64,000 bases of DNA from Candidatus Poribacteria bacterium (GTDB lineage: Bacteria > Poribacteria > WGA-4E > PCPOR2b). The stretch spans positions 5,722,016 through 5,786,015 of the forward strand of contig OZ244042.1 in NCBI GenBank assembly GCA_965215015.1, given 5' to 3'. Both the position numbers and the translations under genes were made by a program. Positions 1 to 9,457 of the stretch are shown one piece after another; the first letter of the stretch is position 1, and each line of letters begins with the position of its first letter. The notes below the pieces were generated by a model. That model was not told the DNA's origin. It worked only from the letters and a program-made list of their open reading frames with translations, and did no database searches.

Positions 1-52
1 CTTTCTCAATTGTGCCCATAAAGAAAAATTACCCGTCCAAGACCAAAACAAA

Positions 53-106
53 AAGTCGTCACCCCAACGGTATAATGCCAATCGGAGTGACGACTTTGAT
101 GAGAAT
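53..106 (-). terminator. putative rho-independent terminator downstream of ilvC
   Basis: 10-bp inverted repeat AAGTCGTCAC/GTGACGACTT (53-62 and 87-96) followed on the minus strand by TTTTGTTTTGG. The 24-nt loop is long, so confidence is moderate to low. Confidence 0.35.
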
Positions 107-127
107 ATGCGATTCAAGGTACGATTC

Positions 128-1120
128 CTACCCCTCAAGCCAACTCATCATGCTCCGTAAATCCTTTCCTACCTTTTCAATCTGCAACTCCGACTCTCGG
201 CGACGGAGGGCTTGTAACACCGGTTGATTCGCCTGATTTTCCAGTACCCATTCCCGTGCAAATTCTCCGTTCTGCACCTCTTTGAGAAGTTCCCGCATCC
301 GTTCTCGGACATCCTCATCAATCACACGAGGACCGCGGGTCAGATCTCCAAATTCCGCGGTGTTACTGACATCATTGCGCATTTTGCTGAGTCCCCCTGT
401 ATAGATAAGATCTACAATCAGTTTCAGCTCATGCAGGCACTCAAAAAACGCCATTTCGGGCTGGTATCCCGCCTCAACGAGGGTGTCGAAGGCAGCTTTG
501 ATCAGGGCAGTAGTTCCACCACAAAGCACCGCTTGTTCGCCGAAGAGATCGGTTTCCGTCTCTTCACGGAAGGTGGTCTCGATGACGCCAGCTCGCGTAC
601 CGCCAATCCCTCTGGCATAAGCGAGCGCAAGATCTCTAGCGTGTCCCGTTATGTCCTGTTGGATAGCAATGAGGCAGGGCACCCCGCCGCCTTCTTCAAA
701 AACCTGTCGCACGAGCAGCCCCGGTCCTTTCGGTGCAATCATCGCCACGTCAATGTCGTTCGCCGGAACAATCTGACCGAAATGGATGCTGAAACCGTGC
801 GAAACCATCACCATATTACCTGCCTGTAGGTTCGGCTCGATCTGATTCTGATACACCGCCCCGTGTTGTTCATCCGGGATAAGAATCTGAACGACATCCG
901 CTTCAGCGGCGGCTTCGTCAATACTTTTTACCGTCAATCCTTCCGACTCTGCTGCCGGTTGAGAACGGCTGCCGGGGCGCAGGCCGAGGACAACGTTTGC
1001 ACCGCTGTCCTTGAGATTCAATGCTTGTGCACGTCCTTGACTGCCGTAGCCGATGACAGCAACCGTTCGTTCCTTGAGTAAATCAAAATCTGCATCGCTA
1101 TCGTAATAAATTGTTGCCAT
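128..1120 (-). CDS. ilvC: ketol-acid reductoisomerase (start trimmed to internal Met MATIYYD; the 30-codon upstream extension in the ORF track is rejected)
   Basis: Full-length IlvC-like sequence with N-terminal Rossmann motif ([10 protein letters not shown]). GGAGG RBS 6 nt upstream of the ATG at 1120. Forms an operon with ilvB and ilvN. Confidence 0.9.
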   Translation of the reverse strand: MATIYYDSDADFDLLKERTVAVIGYGSQGRAQALNLKDSGANVVLGLRPGSRSQPAAESEGLTVKSIDEAAAEADVVQILIPDEQHGAVYQNQIEPNLQAGNMVMVSHGFSIHFGQIVPANDIDVAMIAPKGPGLLVRQVFEEGGGVPCLIAIQQDITGHARDLALAYARGIGGTRAGVIETTFREETETDLFGEQAVLCGGTTALIKAAFDTLVEAGYQPEMAFFECLHELKLIVDLIYTGGLSKMRNDVSNTAEFGDLTRGPRVIDEDVRERMRELLKEVQNGEFAREWVLENQANQPVLQALRRRESELQIEKVGKDLRSMMSWLEG

Positions 1121-1163
1121 GAATCCTCCTTTATGTGAAACGTGAAAATGCAATATCAGTGCA

Positions 1164-1658
1164 TCACTTTGCGATGCCGCGCATGATTGCAATTTTGCCG
1201 GTGCGGGCAAGTTCTTGAATGCCGTAGGGACGTAGCAGATCGATCGCCGCCTTCAGCTTCCCCTCGTCGCCGGTCACTTCGATGATTAAGGAATCAGGAC
1301 CGACGTCAACTGTGTGGGCGCGGAAGATCTCCACAATTTGAAGTATTTCTCCGCGCCGCTGCGGCTCGGCATGGACTTTAATCAGCACAATCTCTCGCTC
1401 GACGTGGTTTTCAACGGTGAGATCTGTCACCTTAATGACGTCAATCAGCTTGTTCAGATGCTTGTAAATCTGCTCAATAATCTGTGCATCTCCATGTGTA
1501 ACAATTGTCATGTGTGAAACGCCTGGATCATCAGTCTCTGCGACGTTGAGGCTATCAATGTTGAATCCACGTCCACTGAACAACCCTGCAATTCGCGCGA
1601 GGACCCCGAATCGATTTTCAACAAGCACAGAAAAAATGTGTCGTTCTTCAGTCATCAT
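1164..1658 (-). CDS. ilvN: acetolactate synthase small (regulatory) subunit
   Basis: ACT-domain protein of 164 aa typical of IlvH/IlvN. Its start overlaps the ilvB stop (ATGA overlap at 1655-1658). Confidence 0.88.
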   Translation of the reverse strand: MMTEERHIFSVLVENRFGVLARIAGLFSGRGFNIDSLNVAETDDPGVSHMTIVTHGDAQIIEQIYKHLNKLIDVIKVTDLTVENHVEREIVLIKVHAEPQRRGEILQIVEIFRAHTVDVGPDSLIIEVTGDEGKLKAAIDLLRPYGIQELARTGKIAIMRGIAK

Positions 1659-3331
1659 GCTAAACCTCGTATAACGTCGCCAAGGCCCGCACCCGCCGGA
1701 ACCATTGGGAATACATTTTCCTCTTCATCAACGATAAAGTCGATGACAACAGGGCCATCGTCAATACCTTTTGCTTTCTCCAATGCCGGCCGGACATCCT
1801 CGATTCGCTCAACACGGATTCCTGTTGCCCCAAATGCCTCGGCAAGTTGTGCAAAATCGGGGTTGTCGTGATAATCAACCGCGGCGTAACGTTTCTGGTG
1901 GAAGAGCTCCTGCCACTGCCGAACCATGCCGAGATACATATTATTGATGATGAAGATTTTGAGCGGCAGTTTCATCGTGATGGCGGGGACAAGCTCTTGT
2001 ATCGTCATGATGTATGAGCCATCGCCATTGATGTTGACAACCGTTTTGTCGGGACAGCCAAGCTGTGCGCCAATCGCTGCGGGCAAGCTGAATCCCATGG
2101 TGCCGAGACCACCGGAATTTAACCATTGACGCGGTTCGGTGAATTTGAAATATTGGGCCGCCCACATCTGATGCTGTCCGACATCTCCAACGACTATCGC
2201 ATCGGAATAAAGGTCATAAATCTGCTCAATTACATACTGCGGCATAATGTTATCACCCTTTTGATCGTACTCAAAAGGATACTGCTCTTTCCACTCATTA
2301 ATTTGGCGCATCCACGGTTCGATGTCCACGCGATGCACCCGTTTGTTCATTTCCGCCAATACGCGCTTGGCATCGCCCACAATCGGCACATCAACCGGGA
2401 CGTTCTTGCCAATGCAAGAGGCATCAATGTCAATATGAATCTTCTTCGCGTGCGGCGCGAATTTCGTCAAGTCTCCCGTAACGCGGTCATCGAACCGGGC
2501 ACCGACCGCAATCACCAGATCGGAATCGGTAAACGCATAGTTCGCACAGCAGGAGCCGTGCATACCGGGCATCTCCATTGCCAGCGGATGGGTTTCGGGA
2601 AATGCGCCCAGGCCCATCAGTGTTACAGTAATCGGAATGCCTGTTTTAATTGCCAGCTCCCGCAATTCTTCAGAAGCGTTAGCAAGCGTCACGCCCCCCC
2701 CTGCGTAGAGTATCGGACGGTCAGCGTTGTGAATCAACTCAACCGCTTTCGCTATCTGGCGCGGGTGCCCATCAACCTTCGGTTTGTAGCTGCGGATGTT
2801 CACCTTCTCTGGGTAACGGAATAACGATTCGTGGATCTGAGCATCTTTGGCAAAATCGACGACAACAGGCCCAGGTCTACCTGTGCTGGCAATATGGAAC
2901 GCTTCCGCTATAACATCGGCGACTTCATCGCCACTTTTGATTAAGTAGCTGTGTTTGCAGACCGGGCGCGTCACGCCTATCACGTCACATTCCTGGAAGG
3001 CATCGTTCCCCATCAGGTGGGTAAAAACCTGCCCTGTGATCGCTACCATTGGAATAGAATCCATAAAGGCGGTCGCGATACCGGTCACTAGATTTGTGGC
3101 ACCGGGCCCCGAAGTGGCAAGTGTAACGCCGACTTTACCTGTTGCCCGTGCATATCCATCGGCGGCATGGGACGCGCCTTGTTCGTGCCGCATCATGATT
3201 AGTTTAACATCGGGGTGCTCGTAGAGGGCGTCAAAGATTGGCATCGCTGCGCCGCCGTTCACACCGAAAATATACTCCACACCCTCTTGTTTGAGACTTT
3301 CAATCAGTATTTTTGCTCCTGATAGTTCCAT
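1655..3331 (-). CDS. ilvB: acetolactate synthase large (catalytic) subunit, ThDP-dependent
   Basis: 558 aa with ThDP/FAD-binding AHAS motifs (GVNGGAAMPIFDAL..., GDGS...NN). AGGAG RBS upstream of the ATG at 3331. Confidence 0.9.
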   Translation of the reverse strand: MELSGAKILIESLKQEGVEYIFGVNGGAAMPIFDALYEHPDVKLIMMRHEQGASHAADGYARATGKVGVTLATSGPGATNLVTGIATAFMDSIPMVAITGQVFTHLMGNDAFQECDVIGVTRPVCKHSYLIKSGDEVADVIAEAFHIASTGRPGPVVVDFAKDAQIHESLFRYPEKVNIRSYKPKVDGHPRQIAKAVELIHNADRPILYAGGGVTLANASEELRELAIKTGIPITVTLMGLGAFPETHPLAMEMPGMHGSCCANYAFTDSDLVIAVGARFDDRVTGDLTKFAPHAKKIHIDIDASCIGKNVPVDVPIVGDAKRVLAEMNKRVHRVDIEPWMRQINEWKEQYPFEYDQKGDNIMPQYVIEQIYDLYSDAIVVGDVGQHQMWAAQYFKFTEPRQWLNSGGLGTMGFSLPAAIGAQLGCPDKTVVNINGDGSYIMTIQELVPAITMKLPLKIFIINNMYLGMVRQWQELFHQKRYAAVDYHDNPDFAQLAEAFGATGIRVERIEDVRPALEKAKGIDDGPVVIDFIVDEEENVFPMVPAGAGLGDVIRGLA

Positions 3332-3463
3332 AGTATTCTCCTTATTAAGTTTAATCAGGATTCAAAGATTGGTGATTTCTCAGGATAAAGAAAAGGTTCA
3401 TGTCAAGAGAAAGTACAAAGCAAAGATACCCGGAACATCGCGCAACAGTCCCTCCCCCGCTTG

Positions 3464-3530
3464 CGGGGGGATTAGAGGGGGTCGAAAAAACTCGATTTCT
3501 TTGCACTATTTCTTACATGATCGAAAAGCA
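3464..3530 (+). repeat. intergenic motif copy 1: GC hairpin, A-run, then conserved box CTTTGCACTATTTCTTACATGATCGAA
   Basis: Near-identical 27-nt box plus similar upstream CGAAAAAA(C) context at 26920-26968. Function unknown; promoter, operator or sRNA 5' end are all possible. Confidence 0.4.
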
Positions 3531-4079
3531 AAAGAAGAAATCCTGTTTGAATCCACGAATTTAATTTGAACAACCACAAGCTCCTTTGAGCATACACAGG
3601 CGAATTTGAAACCCAGTCCTAATTAACCTTAAGGAAACTCCGCTGTAAATCCTAACGGTTTTTCTTACGAATACGTCCAATAAAAAAGCCCTCCCGTTCC
3701 AATCCTCAGTAGAAGTTCCCCGATTGAAGATTTCAAGGAACAACTTTCGAGGATATACTTGGAGACGAGAAGGGCTTCCTCTAAAGTCCTTACCGCGGTA
3801 CCACTCCAATTCCCTTTCGCTGATCAAATACCGTGTGTAAAAGGGCACTCATTGGTATGCGTAACGTGCATCAACCCGGCTAACCCTACGTGGGGTTTTC
3901 AGGCTAGCAGCTCCAGGGCGACCTTCAGTCGGGGTTACTTGGGGAAACCTCTCAGCCGGTGGATTTCCCGCTCTGTCAAGACCGCTCGACTTACTCCTCC
4001 CCTTCATCGCTTTTTTGCATTCAGTTTTGAACAAGATTACTTATCGGGAAGAAAATCCCTAAAAACCCTGTTAATTCAA

Positions 4080-5387
4080 TCAATTTCCCTCTTCATCGGA
4101 GCGTTCCGGGGGACGTTCACGCCCCTCCTCAAACCCCTCCGCCTCCCGTTGAACTCGCTCATCTTCAGGGAAACGCTCCCTTGCCCGATGGTACATTTCT
4201 GCGGCTTTCTCATCCTCGCCCACTTTTTGGTATGCCCGCGCCACCATTAGATAACTCTCCACCCGATTGGGTCGGGATTCAATAGAACGCTCCAAATCCG
4301 TTATCCGTCCCTCAACGGCAGCGGATGGGTCTGACGGGCTGCTTAGCGACGCTTCATATTCTTCAATGATCTGAAGCAGCTCCTCGATGGATCGTCGGTC
4401 CGCTGCGCTTGCTTCCCTGCTTTCGCTTGGCGGCGTGAAGTCTCCCGGCTCGTCATTAAATCCGGTTTCACGACCAGTGCCTTCCATCGAATCCGGTGGG
4501 GGCTTTTCCTCCTGAAACGGTGATCCGGGAAACGTTTCTTCAGGAGCAGATTCTTCAGGCAATTGTCTCTGAGATTCACGTTGGATCGGCTTAAAGATAG
4601 GGTTTCCTGCCTCAATCGCTTGAATATGCATAAGAGATACTGTAGGATGCCACCTACGAATGTCAAATCCAGGGGGAGGCAACTTACAACTCTTCTTAAA
4701 AGCCACTAATGCTTCATCATACATGCCCAGTCTTTCGTAACTTTCACCTAAGGCAAGATACGCCGAACCGCGCGACGGGTCTGCCGCAATAGCCGCTTTG
4801 AGATAGGGAATAGACTCCGCTGGCTGGTCGGTGTTGATTGTTGTTCCGAGTCCATACAGGGCATCCACAGAAGTGGAATCCATCCCGACCAATCGTCGAA
4901 AGATGGCTTCTCTTCCATTTTCTTCATCAAGAGGGAGCAATTGACCCAATAAGAGAAGTTCCTCAAAAGCCCCTGGATTTTCAGCCACCGCCTTCCGGGC
5001 ATATTGCCGGGCGTAATCCGGAAACCCCGTTCTTTTTAACCTTTTGGCTGCGGTGAAGGAATCAACGCCTTCGACTATAGGCGCAATTATCTCTAACATC
5101 GGGTCTGTCCCCAACTCATCGGTAGGCGGAGAGGCGTCTAATGATGCTTCAGTAGTTCCGTGTACAGAAACACCAGATTTCTGATTTGCACGAGCAGGCT
5201 GATCTGCTCCGGTTGAAAGTGAGGGTTCTGAAGGCGTTGTTTCCATTTCAGGCGGTGTTACTTCTCCTATCAGATTCTCATCTTTGTCCAAAGTCAATGG
5301 TTGTCTATACAAGATAAAGAAAATTACTCCGAATACCGATAGAATTATGAAGGGGAGCGTCCAAATCCGTTGTAATTTTTGCATCAT
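4080..5387 (-). CDS. membrane-anchored TPR-repeat protein, paralog 1 (N-terminal TM helix, acidic Pro-rich linker, TPR, conserved C-terminal tail)
   Basis: 435-aa ORF. TPR-like repeats (AYLALGESYERLGMYDEALVAFKK). About 70% identity at the DNA level to the downstream copy. Confidence 0.7.
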   Translation of the reverse strand: MMQKLQRIWTLPFIILSVFGVIFFILYRQPLTLDKDENLIGEVTPPEMETTPSEPSLSTGADQPARANQKSGVSVHGTTEASLDASPPTDELGTDPMLEIIAPIVEGVDSFTAAKRLKRTGFPDYARQYARKAVAENPGAFEELLLLGQLLPLDEENGREAIFRRLVGMDSTSVDALYGLGTTINTDQPAESIPYLKAAIAADPSRGSAYLALGESYERLGMYDEALVAFKKSCKLPPPGFDIRRWHPTVSLMHIQAIEAGNPIFKPIQRESQRQLPEESAPEETFPGSPFQEEKPPPDSMEGTGRETGFNDEPGDFTPPSESREASAADRRSIEELLQIIEEYEASLSSPSDPSAAVEGRITDLERSIESRPNRVESYLMVARAYQKVGEDEKAAEMYHRARERFPEDERVQREAEGFEEGRERPPERSDEEGN

Positions 5388-5609
5388 TCAATTTTGACTA
5401 AGATTGACTATCGGGAAAATTCCAAAAACCCTGTTAATTCAATCAATTTTCTTCTTGATCGGAACGTTCTAGCGGACGTTCAGGCTCCGCCTCAAACGCC
5501 TCTGACTCTCGTTGAATTCGCTCATCTTCAGGGAAACGTTCCCTCGCCTGTCGGTAGACTGCTGCGGCTTTCTCATCTTCGCCCGTTTCTTGGTAAGCCC
5601 GCGCTAACC

Positions 5610-6713
5610 TTAAATACTCTCCGCCCGATTGGGTCGGGATTCAATAGAACGCTCCAAATCCGTTATCCGTCCCTCAACGGCAGCGGATGGGTCTGACGAG
5701 CTGCTTAGCGACGCTTCGTACTCTTCAATGATCTGAATCAGCTCCTGGATGGATCGTTGGTCCGCTGCGGTTGCCTCTCCATCTTTGGGAGAAAGGGGTT
5801 CTTCAAGAGGTAATTTATCGAAGCCGGTTTTACGTTCCAAACCCGAAGGCGCGTTGGGAATGGGAGGCGTATCTTCTTGCGGTGGTGCTTGAGGAGGTGT
5901 TTCTTTAAAAGGAAGCTCTTTGGACTCCCGGGCTTCAGACAGCAAGGGTTTTATGCGAGGATTCCCAGCTTCAATCGCTCGAATATGTGCGAGAGTCGCT
6001 AGACCCTGATTAATCGCATAGGCTTTCTTGTAGGACGCCAGTGCTTCGTCATATCGTCCCATTCTTTCGTAACTCGTTCCCAACACGTAGTGGGACGCAA
6101 CATAGGACGGATTCTCTGCAATAGCGGCTTCAAGATAAAAGACCGCATCTTGTGGTTGGTTATCACTGAGCATTTGTCCCAGTCCATGTAATGCCTCGAC
6201 AGAGGTCGAGTCTATTTCAACCAATTGCTCGAAAGCCGCTAGTCTCTCGCCATCCTCCCGAGGAAGTAGCTGAGCAAACAATAGTAGTGCTTCAAAAGAA
6301 TCTGGATTTTCTGCTACAGCCATCCGTGCATATTCTCGTGCGTAATTCCATTCACCTGTTTCTCTGAGTTTCTTGGCTACGCTCAATGGAGACTCCCCCT
6401 TGAACAAGGACGCTAATCTTTCTCGTTCAAGATTCGTTGTCCTCTCACCAACGAGAGGGGAAGTCGATTTTGACGTTTCGATAACTGTATCTGCAGAAAC
6501 ACGAAATCCCCGGTTTGTACTTGAATTTGCTCGGTTATTTTTTACCGACCGCGTTGACAGCTCAATTTCCATTTTAGGCAAGACCACTTCTGGAGAGGAG
6601 AGACTGCCATTGTCCAAAGTGGATTGGGGTTTCCTTAGGGAGAACAAAACCACTATGAATACAGCGAGTGCAGCAACAAGAACTATCAAAATCAATCGGT
6701 GCTGGCGCATCAT
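5610..6713 (-). CDS. membrane-anchored TPR-repeat protein, paralog 2, with an apparent 1-nt frameshift that truncates the conserved C-terminal tail (possible pseudogene or assembly error)
   Basis: 367-aa ORF ending ...RPNRAESI*. The next about 165 nt (5443-5609) still encode the paralog-1 tail (ARAYQ.TGEDEKAA..YR.ARERFPEDER.QRE.E.FE) in the +1 frame. Confidence 0.6.
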   Translation of the reverse strand: MMRQHRLILIVLVAALAVFIVVLFSLRKPQSTLDNGSLSSPEVVLPKMEIELSTRSVKNNRANSSTNRGFRVSADTVIETSKSTSPLVGERTTNLERERLASLFKGESPLSVAKKLRETGEWNYAREYARMAVAENPDSFEALLLFAQLLPREDGERLAAFEQLVEIDSTSVEALHGLGQMLSDNQPQDAVFYLEAAIAENPSYVASHYVLGTSYERMGRYDEALASYKKAYAINQGLATLAHIRAIEAGNPRIKPLLSEARESKELPFKETPPQAPPQEDTPPIPNAPSGLERKTGFDKLPLEEPLSPKDGEATAADQRSIQELIQIIEEYEASLSSSSDPSAAVEGRITDLERSIESRPNRAESI

Positions 6714-6946
6714 AATCTCTCCTTCTTAAATACCTCAATTTTCTGAGATAAACGGTCGTGCTAAAATAGAGCATAGCAGCAAGTGATTCCATTTAACCAG
6801 AAGGGGTGATGCGTCCGCGTGAGATAGATCACACCCCTGGTGAGAAGGTTAATCTTCTCTGAGTTTGTACCCTTGAAAAGTGTAGAAGTGAAATCCATTC
6901 CACAAATGTTATCGAAAGAATCCCACTTCTACAGCCAGATGTCGCC

Positions 6947-7561
6947 TTAGCCTTTTGCAGCGGCGTAACGTCGGGCGACCTCCTCCCAATTGATAACGTT
7001 AGCCCACGCTTCGATATAAGCGGGACGCAGGTTTTGATACTTCAGATAATATGCGTGTTCCCAAACATCAAGACCAAGTATCGGTGTATGGCCCTGCATG
7101 ATGGGGCTATCTTGGTTAGCAGTCGAGTAGATTTGCAAACCGCCAGTTTCATCAACAACCACCCATGCCCAGCCGGATCCGAAACGGGTTGTCGCAGCCG
7201 TCCCGAACTGTTCTTTAGCAGCTTCAAGAGATCCGCAAGCAGACTCGATTGCAGCCGTTACCTCTGCTGTGGGGGTGCCGCCACCGTTGGGGCTCATTAT
7301 GGTCCAGAAGAGTGAATGGTTGGCATGGCCGCCACCGTTATTGATAACAGCTTGCCGTTTGTCTTCCGGCACCTGGTCGATGTTACGCAGCAAGTCTTCG
7401 ACCGACAGAGCTGCTAAATCATCAAGCCCTTCAAGGGCAGTGTTAAGATTAGTGATGTAAGCCTGATGGTGTTTTCCGTGATGGATTTGCATCGTTTGCT
7501 CGTCAATATGTGGTTCTAAAGCATTGTGAGCATACGGCAGGGCGGGTAATGTGTGTGCCAT
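6947..7561 (-). CDS. Fe/Mn superoxide dismutase (start trimmed to [10 protein letters not shown])
   Basis: Classic SodA/SodB sequence ([14 protein letters not shown] ... [13 protein letters not shown]). AGGAGG RBS upstream of the ATG at 7561. Confidence 0.9.
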   Translation of the reverse strand: MAHTLPALPYAHNALEPHIDEQTMQIHHGKHHQAYITNLNTALEGLDDLAALSVEDLLRNIDQVPEDKRQAVINNGGGHANHSLFWTIMSPNGGGTPTAEVTAAIESACGSLEAAKEQFGTAATTRFGSGWAWVVVDETGGLQIYSTANQDSPIMQGHTPILGLDVWEHAYYLKYQNLRPAYIEAWANVINWEEVARRYAAAKG

Positions 7562-7805
7562 TAGGATTTGCCTCCTTGGGAGTTCCTTTAATTTTAAAGT
7601 TAATAAGCTAACACCAACAAAGCACATAAGTGCTAAGCATATAGTCCTTAGAATTTAATTATAACATATCGCATAATCAAAACCAAGCCATTTTTATCAT
7701 GGGACTATTTAGTTTTCGATTTTCTCCCTGTCTGAGCAGTGTGTCGGGATTTGGAAATCTCTCCTACAGAAGAACTAAATGACCCTAATTTTTATCAATG
7801 CTTGA

Positions 7806-7834
7806 TTGACCGCCCTGCTAATCTGTGATAAAAT
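7806..7834 (+). promoter_or_regulatory. sigma70-type promoter for guaA: TTGACC, 17-nt spacer, TAAAAT with upstream TG (extended -10)
   Basis: Hexamers read directly: -35 at 7806-7811 and -10 at 7829-7834, 36 nt upstream of the guaA ATG. Confidence 0.5.
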
Positions 7835-7869
7835 AGGTTTACGACTTAATAGATTAGAAGGCTAGGCAC

Positions 7870-9408
7870 ATGAAACGTGAAACCATAGTTGTTTTAGATT
7901 TCGGTTCCCAGTATACACAGCTAATCGCGCGACGCGTCCGCGAACACAAGGTGTACTGTGAGATCCACCCCTACAACGTTCCGCTAAATCAGCTGGCAGC
8001 CATACAACCGAAAGGTATCATCCTTTCTGGCGGTCCCGCAAGTGTCTACGCAACGGAGGCACCCCTGCTCGATCCGAAGATTTTAACGCTCGATGTGCCG
8101 ATTCTCGGTATCTGTTACGGTATGCAGCTCATCGCACACCTCTCCGCCGGTGGGAAAGTGCACCCTGCCGTTGAGCGTGAATTTGGTTTAGCAGAATTGA
8201 CCGTAGATTTGCCGATTCCGTTATTTGCAGACCTGCCAAAGACGGTAAATGTTTGGATGAGTCACGGCGACCGAATTGATCTCCTGCCTGACGGCTTTCA
8301 CTCTGTTGCCCATACCCATAATTCCCCAATAGCAGCGATAGCCGATTTGGATCGGGACATCTACGGTTTGCAATTCCATCCGGAGGTTATCCACACGCAA
8401 GACGATAACCGGCTGCTTGGTAACTTTGTCTACGAAATCTGTGATTGTAGCGACGAATGGACGATGCAGTCCTTCATCGCAGAAACTACAGAGAAGATTC
8501 GCATCGAAACAGGTGGTGCTCGCGTGTTATGCGCCGTGAGCGGCGGCGTTGACTCGACAGTGCTTGCAACGCTACTTAAACGGGCTGTCGGGGATGCACT
8601 GGTCTGCGTTTTTGTCAATAACGGCTTATTGCGGAAGAATGAAGCGGATCAGGTGCTGTCAACTTTTCGAGAGCTCGACATTGATGTTTATCATGTGGAC
8701 GCTGCCGAACGGTTTCTCGAATATCTTTCAGGTGTTGAAAGCCCGGAGCAGAAACGCAAAATCATCGGAAATCAGTTCATAGAAGTATTCAAAGAGGGAT
8801 TGGCACAAATTGGGCAAATCGACTTCCTAGCGCAAGGCACGCTCTACCCTGACGTAATCGAGAGTATATCTGTCAAAGGACCCGCGGCGACCATTAAAAC
8901 GCACCATAATGTCGGTGGACTTCCCGAAAATCTGCCATTCAAACTAATCGAACCCCTGCGTGAACTGTTCAAGGATGAAGTGCGAGCCGTCGGATCAAGG
9001 TTGAATCTCCCGAAATCGGTCTTGGGACGGCACCCGTTCCCCGGTCCCGGTTTAGCTGTCCGTATATTGGGGCCCGTCACACAAGAACGTCTCGACATGC
9101 TGCGGGAAGCAGATCAAATCTTCATGGCAGAGCTGCAGAAAGCAGGACTATATGATGAAATCTGGCAGGCGTTGACTGTGTTTCTGCCGGTTAAGAGTGT
9201 CGGCGTGATGGGCGACGAGCGGACCTACGAAAACGTTGTAGCGTTGCGAGCTGTGACGAGCACCGATGGCATGACAGCGGATTGGGCGAAGATTCCTCAC
9301 AATGTATTGGGTATCATTTCCAACCGCATTATCAACGAGGTGCGTGGCATCAATCGTGTCGTTTACGATATTAGCTCGAAACCCCCGAGTACGATTGAGT
9401 GGGAATGA
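7870..9408 (+). CDS. guaA: GMP synthase (glutamine-hydrolysing)
   Basis: 512 aa. N-terminal class I GATase (GICYGMQL), ATP pyrophosphatase PP-loop (SGGVDS) and the conserved C-terminal dimerisation domain. Confidence 0.92.
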   Translation: MKRETIVVLDFGSQYTQLIARRVREHKVYCEIHPYNVPLNQLAAIQPKGIILSGGPASVYATEAPLLDPKILTLDVPILGICYGMQLIAHLSAGGKVHPAVEREFGLAELTVDLPIPLFADLPKTVNVWMSHGDRIDLLPDGFHSVAHTHNSPIAAIADLDRDIYGLQFHPEVIHTQDDNRLLGNFVYEICDCSDEWTMQSFIAETTEKIRIETGGARVLCAVSGGVDSTVLATLLKRAVGDALVCVFVNNGLLRKNEADQVLSTFRELDIDVYHVDAAERFLEYLSGVESPEQKRKIIGNQFIEVFKEGLAQIGQIDFLAQGTLYPDVIESISVKGPAATIKTHHNVGGLPENLPFKLIEPLRELFKDEVRAVGSRLNLPKSVLGRHPFPGPGLAVRILGPVTQERLDMLREADQIFMAELQKAGLYDEIWQALTVFLPVKSVGVMGDERTYENVVALRAVTSTDGMTADWAKIPHNVLGIISNRIINEVRGINRVVYDISSKPPSTIEWE

Positions 9409-9457
9409 ACCAGTCTGGATCTCACTAACTCATCCGAACACCGAAAGGAAAACGAAC

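Noticed and set aside
224-829. Plus-strand ORFs antisense to ilvC/ilvB/ilvN (224-829, 2126-2824 and others) and similar shadow ORFs throughout (for example 62729-63115, 35870-36181, 52963-53520)
   Set aside because: These are antisense shadows of well-supported genes. They have no RBS and atypical composition.
128-1210. Long form of the ilvC ORF starting at 1210 (360 aa)
   Set aside because: The extra 30 codons overlap the ilvN 3' end and have no homology. The internal ATG at 1120 has a GGAGG RBS and matches the conserved IlvC N-terminus.
3600-4079. RNase P RNA, tmRNA, SRP RNA or 6S RNA in the ORF-free region upstream of ilvB
   Set aside because: Partial matches to RNase P P4 strings (AAAGTCC and AACCCGGCTAA) are only about 90 nt apart instead of about 290 nt, and are in the wrong context. 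There is no tRNA-like 3' end or tag-peptide ORF for tmRNA, and no SRP domain IV motif.
9302-9457. N-terminal extension of the GHL10-like ORF overlapping guaA
   Set aside because: It overlaps the guaA 3' end by 107 nt in another frame. The internal ATG at 9458 has an RBS and follows the guaA stop.
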